This document shows, piece by piece, positions 46,045 to 57,839 of a stretch of DNA of 64,000 bases. Positions within the stretch are counted from its first letter, which is position 1, and each line of letters starts with the position of its first letter. The translations under genes and the position numbers were made by a program. Source of the stretch: an uncultured Peptococcaceae bacterium (GTDB lineage Bacteria > Bacillota > Peptococcia > Peptococcales > Peptococcaceae); contig CAZSHM010000003.1 of NCBI GenBank assembly GCA_964606855.1, forward strand, positions 9,172 through 73,171, given 5' to 3'. The notes below the pieces were generated by a model, which worked only from the letters and a program-made list of their open reading frames with translations, was not told where the DNA came from and did not search any database.

Positions 46045-48162
46045 CTACCGAATCAGTCGCTTCCCGAGCGGCAGAGCCCATTCATCCCCGCGCTCATATT
46101 TTGTCTCCTCGAAGTCCTCCAGGGCCTGGTAGATGACGCCGCCCTCGACGTTCCCCGGCATCGGCGTGTCGGTCAGATAGCAGATCGTGGGCACGATGTC
46201 CGTAATATGCACCGGCCGGTCGATCAGGGCGCCCTTCTTCAATCCCGCACCTCCCATGACGCAGAGGTTCTGCATGGACCAGCCCTCATGGTGCGCCGTG
46301 GAGAAGGTGTTCGCGTGCTCATTGTTGAACGTCGGAACCAGCTGGAAGAAGATGTCCCCGCAGTGCACGCCGCCCATGCCCAGATACTCCATCTCATCCC
46401 GCGTGAAGCAGTGCGCAATCACGCGCTTGCCGTCCGCATTGCGATAGTTGTACAAGTCGCTGATAAGATCCAGCACCAGCTGGTGGTAGTCCTCCGGCTC
46501 GACAATCCCCTCCGGATCTCTGCCCTTGAGATTGACATAGACATGGGAGGAGCGCTTCGCAACCGCCCGCGTTTTGCTCCAGTCCACTTCCAGTTTTCCC
46601 TCTGCGTTGCGCTTGGTCACGGTATAGCCCAGCTTGGTCATCACTTCCGTGGAGATCCCGCCGATGGAGCCGATCCCGCCGTACTCGTCCCCCTCGCTGT
46701 GCGGCATGCAGCCGTGGTCGCTCACGACAAAGATGGTCGTGTCCCCATCCAGATACTGCAGCATTTCGCCGATGAATTTGTCGTTCTCCATATAGACGGC
46801 GTCGATCAGATCCCGGTAGTACTGGTAATCCTCGTTTCTGCCCGGCACGGTGTTCTGCACGAACCAGTGCTGGAAGTTGTCGATGGAGTGGATATGCACA
46901 TAGTACAGCTGCCAGTCCGGATACTTTTGGAACAGCCAATGGGTCGCCTTGGCGAACCATTCGCAGCCCTCCTTCGCATAGGTGTCAAAGACCAGCTTGT
47001 CGTTCTCCTTGGACTTCCCGCGCACATCGACAGATGCGAACTGGATCAGCGGGCCGACCGCGTCGTACAATTCGCGGCCCATCTCCCGCGGGTAGAAGTA
47101 ATCCAGATTATCCATGTCCGTCGCGTGGGAGAAATACACAACCGCGCTGCTGCCGTCCTCGGCGATGTCGCAGAGGTTGATCTTATACGCGACCTTGTGC
47201 TCCTCCTCGTCGAACATATAGAAATCGTAGATGAACTCGGACCAGTTCCCGATCCCTGTGACGCTGCCCAGCGGCTTCTCCGTCTTCTTGTTCCTGTAGA
47301 TCGTCGCCGTATCGTAGTGCGCGCCGTCAGAGGCGCTGAGCACGATAAACCGCCGCGCGGTACCGGTTCCCAGAATCACCGCGGCTTCCTTCGCGCCCTC
47401 CGGCAGCGGGAAACTCCAGTTCGTCGGGTTCTTCAGCGCGGTCCGGATCTTATCCGCCTTGCTGGGTCTGTAGTGCTCCTGATGTTCCGCCGCTGCCTCC
47501 GCCGCCCGCTCATAGTCCTCCACGCCGCTCGGGTAGGACAAAACACCCTCCGGGGAGGACCAGGGCATCCGCACATCCATCCTGGATACTTTTGCCTTCT
47601 TCTGCATCTCCTCATACTGGTCGCCCATAATGATGCAGTCCTTGTTGTCGCTCTTCACGGCATGCGGCGTAAACTCCATCGGAAAATCTCCCTCCTCCAG
47701 GAAGGCGACTTTCTGATAGTCGAGCGTGCAGCGCAAAAACGGCACGACACCGGAGCCGTCGACAAACACACCGTACGGGTCGTCCTGGATGCGCGGCGGC
47801 CAGGCCTCGCAATAGCTCAGCGCGATGCTGCGCTTCCCCGCTTTGGAGAACGCTTCCCAGATAAAATCCGATGTCACATTCAGGCTCGTCCAGTTGACCT
47901 CTTCCAAGCTCAGGCTCTGTCCCAGAGTCTGATTGTTGTAGCACGTGATGCCGTGCGTCCGAGGCAGATTTCCCGTGGCAATCGAGCACCAGTTCGGCGG
48001 CGTGACGCTCGGCAGCGCGCCGATCATGGCGAGACTCGAATTCGCGACGCCTTGGTCCAGCAGCTTTTTCAAGTTCGGCATTTTGCCAGCATCCATCAAT
48101 CGTTTGCACTGCACCGGATCCGCGGAATCCAGGCCGATCACCATCGCTCTCTTCAATCCCAT
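46045..48162 (-). CDS. alkaline-phosphatase-superfamily enzyme (type I phosphodiesterase/nucleotide pyrophosphatase-like), 705 aa, no signal peptide (copy B)
   Basis: AGGAGGG RBS. VIGLDSADP, MPNLKKL, LPSVTPPNWCSIATGNLPRTHGI, VVSDHG. Paralog of 22905..24983. Confidence 0.8.
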   Translation of the reverse strand: MGLKRAMVIGLDSADPVQCKRLMDAGKMPNLKKLLDQGVANSSLAMIGALPSVTPPNWCSIATGNLPRTHGITCYNNQTLGQSLSLEEVNWTSLNVTSDFIWEAFSKAGKRSIALSYCEAWPPRIQDDPYGVFVDGSGVVPFLRCTLDYQKVAFLEEGDFPMEFTPHAVKSDNKDCIIMGDQYEEMQKKAKVSRMDVRMPWSSPEGVLSYPSGVEDYERAAEAAAEHQEHYRPSKADKIRTALKNPTNWSFPLPEGAKEAAVILGTGTARRFIVLSASDGAHYDTATIYRNKKTEKPLGSVTGIGNWSEFIYDFYMFDEEEHKVAYKINLCDIAEDGSSAVVYFSHATDMDNLDYFYPREMGRELYDAVGPLIQFASVDVRGKSKENDKLVFDTYAKEGCEWFAKATHWLFQKYPDWQLYYVHIHSIDNFQHWFVQNTVPGRNEDYQYYRDLIDAVYMENDKFIGEMLQYLDGDTTIFVVSDHGCMPHSEGDEYGGIGSIGGISTEVMTKLGYTVTKRNAEGKLEVDWSKTRAVAKRSSHVYVNLKGRDPEGIVEPEDYHQLVLDLISDLYNYRNADGKRVIAHCFTRDEMEYLGMGGVHCGDIFFQLVPTFNNEHANTFSTAHHEGWSMQNLCVMGGAGLKKGALIDRPVHITDIVPTICYLTDTPMPGNVEGGVIYQALEDFEETKYERGDEWALPLGKRLIR

Positions 48163-48211
48163 CGTTTTCCCTCCTAAATCCGTTTCACTCTGCTTTGCAC
48201 CAGGATCCTCT

Positions 48212-48225
48212 AAATTCGCGAATTT
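48212..48225. promoter_or_regulatory. 14-bp perfect palindrome AAATTCGCGAATTT (candidate operator) in the AP-gene-B leader
   Basis: It lies just downstream of a candidate promoter on the minus strand: TTGCCG 48264-48269, 18 nt, TAGAAT 48240-48245. The core ATTCGCGAAT recurs at 43334..43343. Confidence 0.45.
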
Positions 48226-48374
48226 CCTTTTCCGCTTGTATTCTATCGCCGCCCGCGCCTGTCCGGCAAGCGAATCTATGTGAGGTTGCCCCTTCTAAAC
48301 TCATTTCCTGCAAGTTCAGAAACCTTATCGTTTCCGAGCCCGCCTCCCGCCCTCCGCCGTGCCCGCCGGAGGAT

Positions 48375-48424
48375 AAAAAAACACCCCCGACACACGGACG
48401 GGGAATCGCCCGTGTGTCGGGGGG
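48375..48424 (-). terminator. intrinsic terminator of groEL
   Basis: 14-bp stem cccccgacacacgg / ccgtgtgtcggggg followed by UGUUUUUUU on the minus strand. Confidence 0.8.
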
Positions 48425-48475
48425 TTGCTGTTTGAAACCAGACCTCGGCGCGCCGCGCGGGCGCCGCCGAAAGAA

Positions 48476-50269
<1,794 letters not shown>

Positions 50270-50560
50270 TTACTCCAGCACGACCAAAATATCATCCTCA
50301 TGCAACAGGATCAGTTCCTCGTCGTCAAACTTGACCTCGATGCCCGCGTGCTTGCTGTAGACGACTTTATCGCCCACCTTCACTTCCAGCGGAATGCGCC
50401 CGCCGGCCGCCTGGGATACGTAACCGTTTCCGACCGCGATCACTTCGCCCTGATGCGGTTTCTCCTGAGCGGAGCCGGGCAGCACGATGCCGCTCTTGGT
50501 CTTCTCCTCCACTGCCACAGGTTTCACGGCGATTCTGTCGCCAATAGGTCTGATACTCAT
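50270..50560 (-). CDS. groS: co-chaperonin GroES
   Basis: MSIRPIGDRIAVKPVAVEEKTKSGIVLPGSAQEKPHQGEVIAVG... Confidence 0.97.
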   Translation of the reverse strand: MSIRPIGDRIAVKPVAVEEKTKSGIVLPGSAQEKPHQGEVIAVGNGYVSQAAGGRIPLEVKVGDKVVYSKHAGIEVKFDDEELILLHEDDILVVLE

Positions 50561-50629
50561 GATGAAAATGCCTCCTTAAAATAGTATACCTTTTTTTGCC
50601 GGCCGCGCTTCCGTGCGGCCGCTTTTTTG

Positions 50630-50656
50630 TTAGCACTCATTAAAGTCGAGTGCTAA
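50630..50656 (-). promoter_or_regulatory. CIRCE operator (HrcA binding site)
   Basis: Perfect TTAGCACTC-N9-GAGTGCTAA. Confidence 0.95.
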
Positions 50657-50663
50657 CATTTAT

Positions 50664-50691
50664 ATAATACCACCTTGTGAAAAAAATGCAA
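50664..50691 (-). promoter_or_regulatory. groES-groEL promoter
   Basis: Minus strand TTGCAT, 16 nt, TATTAT, immediately upstream of CIRCE. Confidence 0.6.
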
Positions 50692-50710
50692 GAGGTTTTT
50701 TCGAAAAAAA

Positions 50711-50738
50711 TTGCCAAAATGAAAAAATAATTTATAAT
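50711..50738 (+). promoter_or_regulatory. promoter of the 5-formyl-THF cyclo-ligase gene
   Basis: TTGCCA, 16 nt, TATAAT in the AT-rich divergent region. Confidence 0.5.
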
Positions 50739-50858
50739 AGAGGGAGATTCTATCCCGGTCGGTTCCCTTTCGCTTGTTCCGCTCGCGCCCCGCATGCCGC
50801 CGGCGGCGCATTTCCGCGCGGGAGGAAAAGACGCCGCCGGGAGGAAGGAGGCTTCTCT

Positions 50859-51503
50859 ATGCAGGAACCCAGCGAAACAGCCTGCCCGATGGCGGCGCAT
50901 GAGCCGCCGGCGGACAGTTCGCCGGCTGTCCGCGCGGAGAAGGCGTCCCTGCGGCGGCGCTACAGAGCGCTGCGGCAGAGCCTGACCGCCGGGGAAGTGC
51001 GCGCCAAGAGCGCCGCCATTGCCGAGCGGCTGCTCACCCTGCCGCTCTGGAGGGAAAGCCGGACGGTGCTGCTCTATCTCTCCTTCCGGAATGAGGTGGA
51101 GACCGACGCGCTCTACCGCTTTGGCTGGCAGGCGGGCAAGCGGATGCTGTTGCCCATCTGCCAGGCTACAGAGAGAGATATGGAGGCCAGCGTTCTGGAT
51201 TCCCTGGAGCAGCTCGTGCCCAACCGCTACGGCATCCGCGAGCTGCCCCCCGCGCTGCAGCAGATCGTCGCCCCGGAGGAGATCGACCTCTGCCTCATCC
51301 CGGGGCTGGCCTTCGACCGCGCGGGCACCCGCCTCGGCTCCGGCGCGGGCTACTATGACCGCTACCTGCTGCGGCTGCGCCCCGGCGTGCCGCGCGTCGC
51401 CCTGGCCTACGCCTGCCAGCTGCGCGGCACCGCGCTCCCCCGCGACCGCCACGACCTGCCAATGGATGTGCTCATCACGGAGCAGGCGGTCTACACGTTC
51501 TGA
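50859..51503 (+). CDS. 5-formyltetrahydrofolate cyclo-ligase
   Basis: GGAAGGAGG RBS. LRRRYRALRQSL..., LIPGLAFDRAGTRLGSGAGYYDRYL, DLPMDVLITE. Confidence 0.88.
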   Translation: MQEPSETACPMAAHEPPADSSPAVRAEKASLRRRYRALRQSLTAGEVRAKSAAIAERLLTLPLWRESRTVLLYLSFRNEVETDALYRFGWQAGKRMLLPICQATERDMEASVLDSLEQLVPNRYGIRELPPALQQIVAPEEIDLCLIPGLAFDRAGTRLGSGAGYYDRYLLRLRPGVPRVALAYACQLRGTALPRDRHDLPMDVLITEQAVYTF

Positions 51504-51595
51504 ACTTGTCCGCCCGCACGATCCATCCCGCGCACAGGGCGCGGACTCCGCCCGTGGGACCCGCCGTGCGGGGCGCCTGTGTTTGCAAAAAACTG

Positions 51596-51624
51596 TTGAC
51601 ATTCCCCTGCGGATACGATAAAAT
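51596..51624 (+). promoter_or_regulatory. promoter of the tRNA cluster
   Basis: TTGACA, 17 nt, TAAAAT, about 30 nt upstream of tRNA-Glu. Confidence 0.6.
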
Positions 51625-51655
51625 AAGCGCGTCACGGGAAGCGGTGACACAGTGC

Positions 51656-51729
51656 GGCATGTTGGAGAAGTGGCTTAACTCACCAGCCTTTCACGCTGGC
51701 ATTCACGGGTTCGAATCCCGTACATGTCA
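51656..51729 (+). tRNA. tRNA-Glu (anticodon UUC)
   Basis: Acceptor GGCATGT/ACATGTC, anticodon stem ccagc/gctgg with loop CUUUCAC, T-arm GGGTTCGAATCCC. No encoded CCA. Confidence 0.85.
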
Positions 51730-51734
51730 TATTC

Positions 51735-51807
51735 GGGTGTTTAGCTCAGCTGGGAGAGCGTCTGCCTTACAAGCAGGATGTCGGCGGTTCGAGTCCGTCA
51801 ACGCCCA
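51735..51807 (+). tRNA. tRNA-Val (anticodon UAC)
   Basis: GGGTGTTTAGCTCAGCTGGGAGAGC D-arm, anticodon loop CUUACAA, GGTTCGAGTCC T-arm, acceptor closes with AACGCCC plus A. Confidence 0.9.
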
Positions 51808-51845
51808 TGGATTCTATCTTCCGGTTCGGTTTTACCGTTCCGCTC

Positions 51846-51918
51846 GCCGGTGTAGCGCAATTGGCAGAGCAGCTGATTTGTAATCAGCAGGTTGCGGGTT
51901 CGAGTCCCATCACCGGCT
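51846..51918 (+). tRNA. tRNA-Thr (anticodon UGU)
   Basis: Acceptor GCCGGTG/CACCGGC, anticodon stem GCTGA/TCAGC with loop UUUGUAA, T-arm GGGTTCGAGTCCC, followed by T7. Confidence 0.9.
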
Positions 51919-52139
51919 TTTTTTCATGCCAAAAAGCATTCTCTTGCTGCGCTTGTTGTTGGGCATGGCGTTACTCTATCACGCTTAGACTGCCTAGGAG
52001 GGCAAGCACAATAGATCCAAAAGAGTATGGAGAAACAAAGGAACCCTGTGAAGACGAGGAGCCCTATGAGGAAGAAGCAGAAGAAACCTTTGATGCGGAT
52101 GAGGACGAAACGGATACAGAGTATGTGGATTATACGGCA

Positions 52140-52559
52140 ATGTCTACCCGGATCCGGCAGCGCAACGACGAACTCCTGGAAATTTTTGTGGACGATCTGG
52201 AGGCGAGCGGATTTTCGGATAAGACGATCGACAGGCATCTCACCAATGCCGATTTCTATCTCAACACCTTCCTCCTCAGGGAAAATCTCTGCACCATGGA
52301 GGACGGCCTGTACATGCTAGGCTCCTTCTTGGGAAACTTTTTCATCCGCAAATGTCTCTGGTCTACCCCCGCAACGATCAAGACAACTGCCGCCAGTATC
52401 AAGAAGTTTTACAAGTCCATGCTGGATCACGGTTTTATCGAGAAGGAAGATTACGCCGCTCTGTGTGAGGAGATCCGGGAGTCCATGGGAGAGTGGCAGG
52501 CGCTCTGCGAGACCTTCAATGATGCGTCCCAGGAAAACCCGTTCGGCTTTCCCTATTGA
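52140..52559 (+). CDS. hypothetical protein; weak resemblance to a tyrosine-recombinase core-binding (SAM-like) domain; start uncertain
   Basis: First in-frame ATG after the tRNAs. The open frame with an acidic coding-like stretch continues upstream to an AGGAGGG (51996-52002) followed 8 nt later by ATA (52011). The region is visibly lower in GC than its neighbours. Confidence 0.5.
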   Translation: MSTRIRQRNDELLEIFVDDLEASGFSDKTIDRHLTNADFYLNTFLLRENLCTMEDGLYMLGSFLGNFFIRKCLWSTPATIKTTAASIKKFYKSMLDHGFIEKEDYAALCEEIRESMGEWQALCETFNDASQENPFGFPY

Positions 52560-52700
52560 TTGGACCGGCCGCCCGTATCTTGGCCGGATTGCTGGAGGAT
52601 GGGAGGCCGGTTTTGCCTGCGAAGCCATCCGGCAGCAGCGCGCCGGCGGATCAGCCCAGCGTGATCGTGCGCCCTGCGCTTTTCTCCCCGTGGATTGCCG

Positions 52701-52739
52701 CACAGAAGGCCGGAAGATTCGCTCTTCCGGCCTTCTGTG
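52701..52739. terminator. 17-bp perfect hairpin between convergent genes
   Basis: cacagaaggccggaaga-ttcgc-tcttccggccttctgtg. No strong U tract on either side. Confidence 0.4.
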
Positions 52740-52766
52740 CGGCCCTGCCCGGATTTCCCGCGCGCC

Positions 52767-53324
52767 TCAGACTTCCATGATCTCGTCCTCTTTGTTGGAG
52801 ATCAGTTTGTCGACTTCGCCGATATACTTGTCTGTCAGTTTTTGGATGTCCTCCTGAGCGTTCTTGCTCTCATCCTCCGTGATCTCCTTGCTCTTCTCCA
52901 GTGCCTTCACGCTGTCGTTCCCGTCGCGGCGGATGTTGCGGATGCTGACCTTGGCCTCCTCGCCCTTTTTCTTGACGCGTTTGACCAGGTCTTTGCGGTT
53001 CTCCTGCGTCAGCTGCGGCAGCACCAGACGGATTGCCGAGCCGTCGTTGGATGGCGTGATGCCCAGGTCGGATTTAAGGATGGCCTTTTCCACCGCGGAG
53101 AGAGACGACTTGTCCCACGGCTGGATCAGCAGCATCCGTGAATCCGGAACGGAGATGTTCGCCAGCTGGTTGATGGGGGTCTGCACCCCGTAGTAGTTCA
53201 CCTGAATGCGGTCCAAAAGCGCCGGCGTCGCTTTGCCGGTGCGGATGCTCTGAAAATCGGCCCGCAGCACGCTGATGGTCTTCCCCATTCTTTCCTCTAC
53301 GTCTTGCTTGATCGTATCAATCAT
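52767..53324 (-). CDS. frr: ribosome recycling factor
   Basis: MIDTIKQDVEERMGKTISVLRADFQSIRTGKATPALLD... Confidence 0.96.
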   Translation of the reverse strand: MIDTIKQDVEERMGKTISVLRADFQSIRTGKATPALLDRIQVNYYGVQTPINQLANISVPDSRMLLIQPWDKSSLSAVEKAILKSDLGITPSNDGSAIRLVLPQLTQENRKDLVKRVKKKGEEAKVSIRNIRRDGNDSVKALEKSKEITEDESKNAQEDIQKLTDKYIGEVDKLISNKEDEIMEV

Positions 53325-53328
53325 TTTG

Positions 53329-54225
<897 letters not shown>

Positions 54226-54299
54226 TCAACCTTTTCCGCGAAGATTCGGGAAAAAGTGGCGGCCCTTCCGGAAACGTGCACGCTCCTGCACATCGGCAC

Positions 54300-54333
54300 A
54301 AAAAAAGAGGACAGCGCCCTGTCCCCTTTTTTT
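54300..54333 (-). terminator. intrinsic terminator after tsf (A7/T7-flanked, potentially bidirectional)
   Basis: gaggacag-cgcc-ctgtcccc hairpin flanked by an A-run and a T-run. Confidence 0.65.
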
Positions 54334-54349
54334 GTTGTGCAAATGCCTC

Positions 54350-55003
54350 TCAGCCTTTCAGCTGCGCGGCAACTTCCGCCGCGAAATCGTCCTGGCGCTT
54401 CTCAAGTCCCTCGCCCATCTCATAGCGCACAAAACGGCGCACCGTGATATTCTCGCCGATCTCCGCGATGGCCTGCTTGATCAGATCGCCGACGCTCTCG
54501 TCCTCGCTCTTGATGAAGGGCTGCTCCAGGAGGCAGACTTCTTTGTAATATTTCTCGATCCGCCCCTCGACCATCTTCTCGATGATCTTCTCCGGTTTGC
54601 CCTCGTTGCGCGCCTGCGCGGTCAGGATCTCCTTCTCTTTCTCCAGATCTGCCGCCGGGACTTCCTCTTTCTTCACATATTTCGGATTGGACGCCGCCAC
54701 CTGCATGGCCAGATCCATGGCCAGCTGCTTGAAGCGGTCGGTCTTCGCCACAAAATCTGTCTCACAGTTGAGCTCCAGAAGGACGCCGATCTTGCCGCCC
54801 ATATGGATATAGGAGACAACCAGTCCTTCCGCCGCGATGCGGCCGGCCTTCTTGACGGAATCGGCCATCCCTTTTTCTCTCAGATACTGGCTGGCCTTCT
54901 CCAGATCGCCGTCCGTCTCCTGCAGGGCGCGCTTGCAGTCCATCATGCCGGAGCCGGTCATCTCTCTCAGCTGTTTGACCAGCGACGCTTTAATCTCTGC
55001 CAT
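54350..55003 (-). CDS. tsf: translation elongation factor Ts (short form)
   Basis: [37 protein letters not shown]... Confidence 0.96.
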   Translation of the reverse strand: MAEIKASLVKQLREMTGSGMMDCKRALQETDGDLEKASQYLREKGMADSVKKAGRIAAEGLVVSYIHMGGKIGVLLELNCETDFVAKTDRFKQLAMDLAMQVAASNPKYVKKEEVPAADLEKEKEILTAQARNEGKPEKIIEKMVEGRIEKYYKEVCLLEQPFIKSEDESVGDLIKQAIAEIGENITVRRFVRYEMGEGLEKRQDDFAAEVAAQLKG

Positions 55004-55105
55004 TGAAAATCCTCCTCCCAACCTGCAATCCGTGCCCGGCGCTGCCGAATGCGGCCCGCACGGGCAGGGATCCGGATTGTATCGATTGATCGAATCCAGC
55101 GCGCA

Positions 55106-55849
55106 TCACGCCTCCGCGGGCGCTTCCTCCGCTGCGGCTTCCGCCTCCTCGCCCTCATCCAGGCTCTCGCCCTGGTTGGCTTCCAGCACGGCGTCGCTCA
55201 TGACGGATGTCAGGAGCTTGACGGCGCGGATCGCGTCGTCGTTGCCGGGAATGACGTAGTCCACGTCGTCCGGATCGCAGTTGGTATCCACCACGGCGAC
55301 CACAGGAATACCCATCTTTCTGGCCTCGGTGACGGCGATCTTTTCTTTTCTCGGGTCGATGACAAACAGGGCGCCCGGCAGTTCCGGCATCTCTTTGATC
55401 CCGCCCAGGAAGCGCTCCAACTTTTCTTTTTCGGCAATCAGCTTGAATTTTTCCTTCTTCGGCAGCACTTCCATCGAGCCGTCCGCCTCCATGGCTTCCA
55501 GCTTCTTCAGGTACTTGATGCGCTTTTCGATGGTCTGATAGTTGGTCAGCATACCGCCCAGCCATCTCTCATTGACATAGAATTGTCCGCAGCGCAGCGC
55601 TTCCTCTTTGATGGTCTCCTGCGCCTGTTTCTTGGTGCCCACGAACAGCACCGGTTTCCCGGCCGCCGCGACTTCGCGCACGAAATCGTACGCCTCCACC
55701 ACTTTTTTTACGGTTTTCTGCAGATCGATGATATAGATTCCATTTCTCTCTGCAAAGATGTACGGAGCCATCTTCGGGTTCCAACGTCTTGTCTGATGAC
55801 CAAAATGCACGCCAGCCTCCAGCAGTTGCTTCATAGAGATCACGGCCAT
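55106..55849 (-). CDS. rpsB: 30S ribosomal protein S2
   Basis: GGAGG lies 8 nt before the ATG at 55849. [27 protein letters not shown]... Confidence 0.97.
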   Translation of the reverse strand: MAVISMKQLLEAGVHFGHQTRRWNPKMAPYIFAERNGIYIIDLQKTVKKVVEAYDFVREVAAAGKPVLFVGTKKQAQETIKEEALRCGQFYVNERWLGGMLTNYQTIEKRIKYLKKLEAMEADGSMEVLPKKEKFKLIAEKEKLERFLGGIKEMPELPGALFVIDPRKEKIAVTEARKMGIPVVAVVDTNCDPDDVDYVIPGNDDAIRAVKLLTSVMSDAVLEANQGESLDEGEEAEAAAEEAPAEA

Positions 55850-55966
55850 TTTGGACACCTCCTCTCTTCAGATTTTTTTGTTGCTTCCTCCGCCCGCTTC
55901 CGCTTGCACGGGAACCTTGCGGCTCTGCCCGCGCAATCCACGGACGTGTGTCGTTGCACGGAGATG

Positions 55967-55995
55967 ATGATAGCACAAACGCCCGGGAAAGGCAA
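55967..55995 (-). promoter_or_regulatory. rpsB-tsf promoter
   Basis: Minus strand TTGCCT, 17 nt, TATCAT, leaving a leader of about 110 nt. Confidence 0.5.
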
Positions 55996-56063
55996 GCCTC
56001 TTTTCACAAAAAGCGCAATTTTCCCGCGGCGTTTATTCGGACAGAAGAGTTCAATCGGAACGT

Positions 56064-57839
56064 TTATCTTTTCAGATCCAGCTTGATGTGCAGTTCCCGC
56101 AGCTGCGCGTTGGAGACGTTCGACGGCGCGTCCATCATCACGTCCATCGCGCTCTGCGTCTTGGGAAACGCGATCACGTCGCGGATCGTCTCGCGCTTGG
56201 CCATGAGCATCAGCAGGCGGTCGATGCCGAAAGCCAGCCCGCCGTGCGGCGGCGCTCCGTACTGAAACGCCGTCAGGAGGCCGCTGAACTGATCCTCATA
56301 CTCCTCCGGCGAGAGATTGAGCAGCTTGAACATCTTCTCCTGCAGTTCCCGCTCGTGGATACGGATGCTGCCGCCGCCGATCTCCACGCCGTTGAGGACC
56401 ATGTCGTAGGCGCGGGCGCGCACTCTGCCCGGATCTGTCTCCATCAGCGGAACATCCTCCAGCATCGGACAGGTGAAGGGGTGGTGCATGGCGTAGTAGC
56501 GCTGTGTCTCATCGTCCCACTCCAAAAGCGGGAACTCCGTCACCCAGAGGAAGCAGAAGGCATCCGGATCGATAAGGCCAAAGCGGTTTCCCAGCTCCAG
56601 CCGCAGGTGTCCCAGCGCTTCGCAGGCGACTTTGAACGTGTCGGCCACGCAGAAGACGATATCTCCCGGCTCCGCGCCGGCGCGGGCGAAGATCGCCTCC
56701 ACTTCCTCCTCGCGCAAAAACTTTAAGAGCGGAGATTTGACCTCTCCGTCGTCGGCGATGTGGAAGTAGGCCAGCCCTTTCGCGCCGTAGATCGAGACAA
56801 ACTTCGTCAGCGCGTCGATGTCGCGGCGCGAGAGCTTGTGCACGCCGCCCTTGGCGTTGAGCGCTTTCACCACGCCGCCGTTCGCGACCGCTTGGGCAAA
56901 CACCTTGAAGCCGCAGTCCGCGGCAATGTCGCTCAGATCCACCATCTCCATGCCGAAGCGCAGATCCGGCTTGTCGGAACCGTAGCGGTTCATCGCCTCA
57001 TCCCAGGTCATGCGGCGGAAGGGGGTCTGCACGTCGCGGTCCAGCACCTGCTTGAACACAAATTGGATCAGCCCCTCGTTGAGGGTCATGATGTCCTCCT
57101 CATCCACAAAGGACAGCTCCATGTCCAGCTGGGTGAACTCCGGCTGGCGGTCGGCACGCAGATCCTCGTCGCGAAAGCAGCGCGCGATCTGGAAGTAGCG
57201 CTCCATGCCGGCCACCATCAGGAGCTGCTTGAACTGCTGCGGCGACTGGGGCAGGGCGAAGAACTGCCCCTCATGGATGCGGCTGGGCACCAGGTAGTCC
57301 CGCGCGCCTTCGGGTGTGCTCTTCTGGAGGATCGGCGTCTCGATCTCGAGAAAGCCCTGCGCGTCCATGTAGTCGCGGATGGTCTTGATCGTGCGGTGCC
57401 GAAGGATGAGATTGTTCTTCATCTCCGGGCGCCGCAGATCCAGATAGCGGTATTTCAGGCGGATCGTCTCATCCACATCCACATCGTCAGTGAGATAGAA
57501 CGGCGGTGTCTTGGCTTTGTTCAGGATGACGATATCCGATGCCACCACATCGATCTCCCCGGAATCCAGTTTTTCGTTCGCCATGCCTTCCGGGCGCAGC
57601 CGCACCGTGCCGCGCACGGCGAGCACATACTCGCTGCGCACCGCGTCGGCGGTGGCGAACACCTGCGGACTGCAGTGCTCCGGGCTGGCCGTCACCTGGG
57701 CGATGCCGGAGCGGTCCCGCAGGTCGATAAAGATCACGCCGCCATGATCCCTGCGCTTCTGCGCCCATCCCATGAGCACGACCTCCTGGCCCACGTGCTC
57801 GCTGCGCAGATCGTTGCAATTATGTGTGCGCTTCATCAT
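56064..57839 (-). CDS. aspS: aspartate--tRNA ligase
   Basis: ATG overlaps the hisS stop (ATGA). MMKRTHNCNDLRSEHVGQEVVLMGWAQKRRDHGGVIFIDLRDRSG..., FRDEDLRADRQPEFTQLD. Confidence 0.96.
   Translation of the reverse strand: MMKRTHNCNDLRSEHVGQEVVLMGWAQKRRDHGGVIFIDLRDRSGIAQVTASPEHCSPQVFATADAVRSEYVLAVRGTVRLRPEGMANEKLDSGEIDVVASDIVILNKAKTPPFYLTDDVDVDETIRLKYRYLDLRRPEMKNNLILRHRTIKTIRDYMDAQGFLEIETPILQKSTPEGARDYLVPSRIHEGQFFALPQSPQQFKQLLMVAGMERYFQIARCFRDEDLRADRQPEFTQLDMELSFVDEEDIMTLNEGLIQFVFKQVLDRDVQTPFRRMTWDEAMNRYGSDKPDLRFGMEMVDLSDIAADCGFKVFAQAVANGGVVKALNAKGGVHKLSRRDIDALTKFVSIYGAKGLAYFHIADDGEVKSPLLKFLREEEVEAIFARAGAEPGDIVFCVADTFKVACEALGHLRLELGNRFGLIDPDAFCFLWVTEFPLLEWDDETQRYYAMHHPFTCPMLEDVPLMETDPGRVRARAYDMVLNGVEIGGGSIRIHERELQEKMFKLLNLSPEEYEDQFSGLLTAFQYGAPPHGGLAFGIDRLLMLMAKRETIRDVIAFPKTQSAMDVMMDAPSNVSNAQLRELHIKLDLKR

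Noticed and set aside
51807-52010. 5' part of ORF 51807..52559 overlapping tRNA-Val and tRNA-Thr
   Set aside because: It reads straight through two tRNA genes on the same strand. It is open only by chance.
51919-52766. Integrated mobile element or prophage remnant at the tRNA-Thr gene
   Set aside because: Only a small core-binding-like domain is present. There is no recombinase catalytic domain, no phage or transposon genes, and I found no direct repeat of the tRNA 3' end. It is reported only as a low-GC orphan gene.
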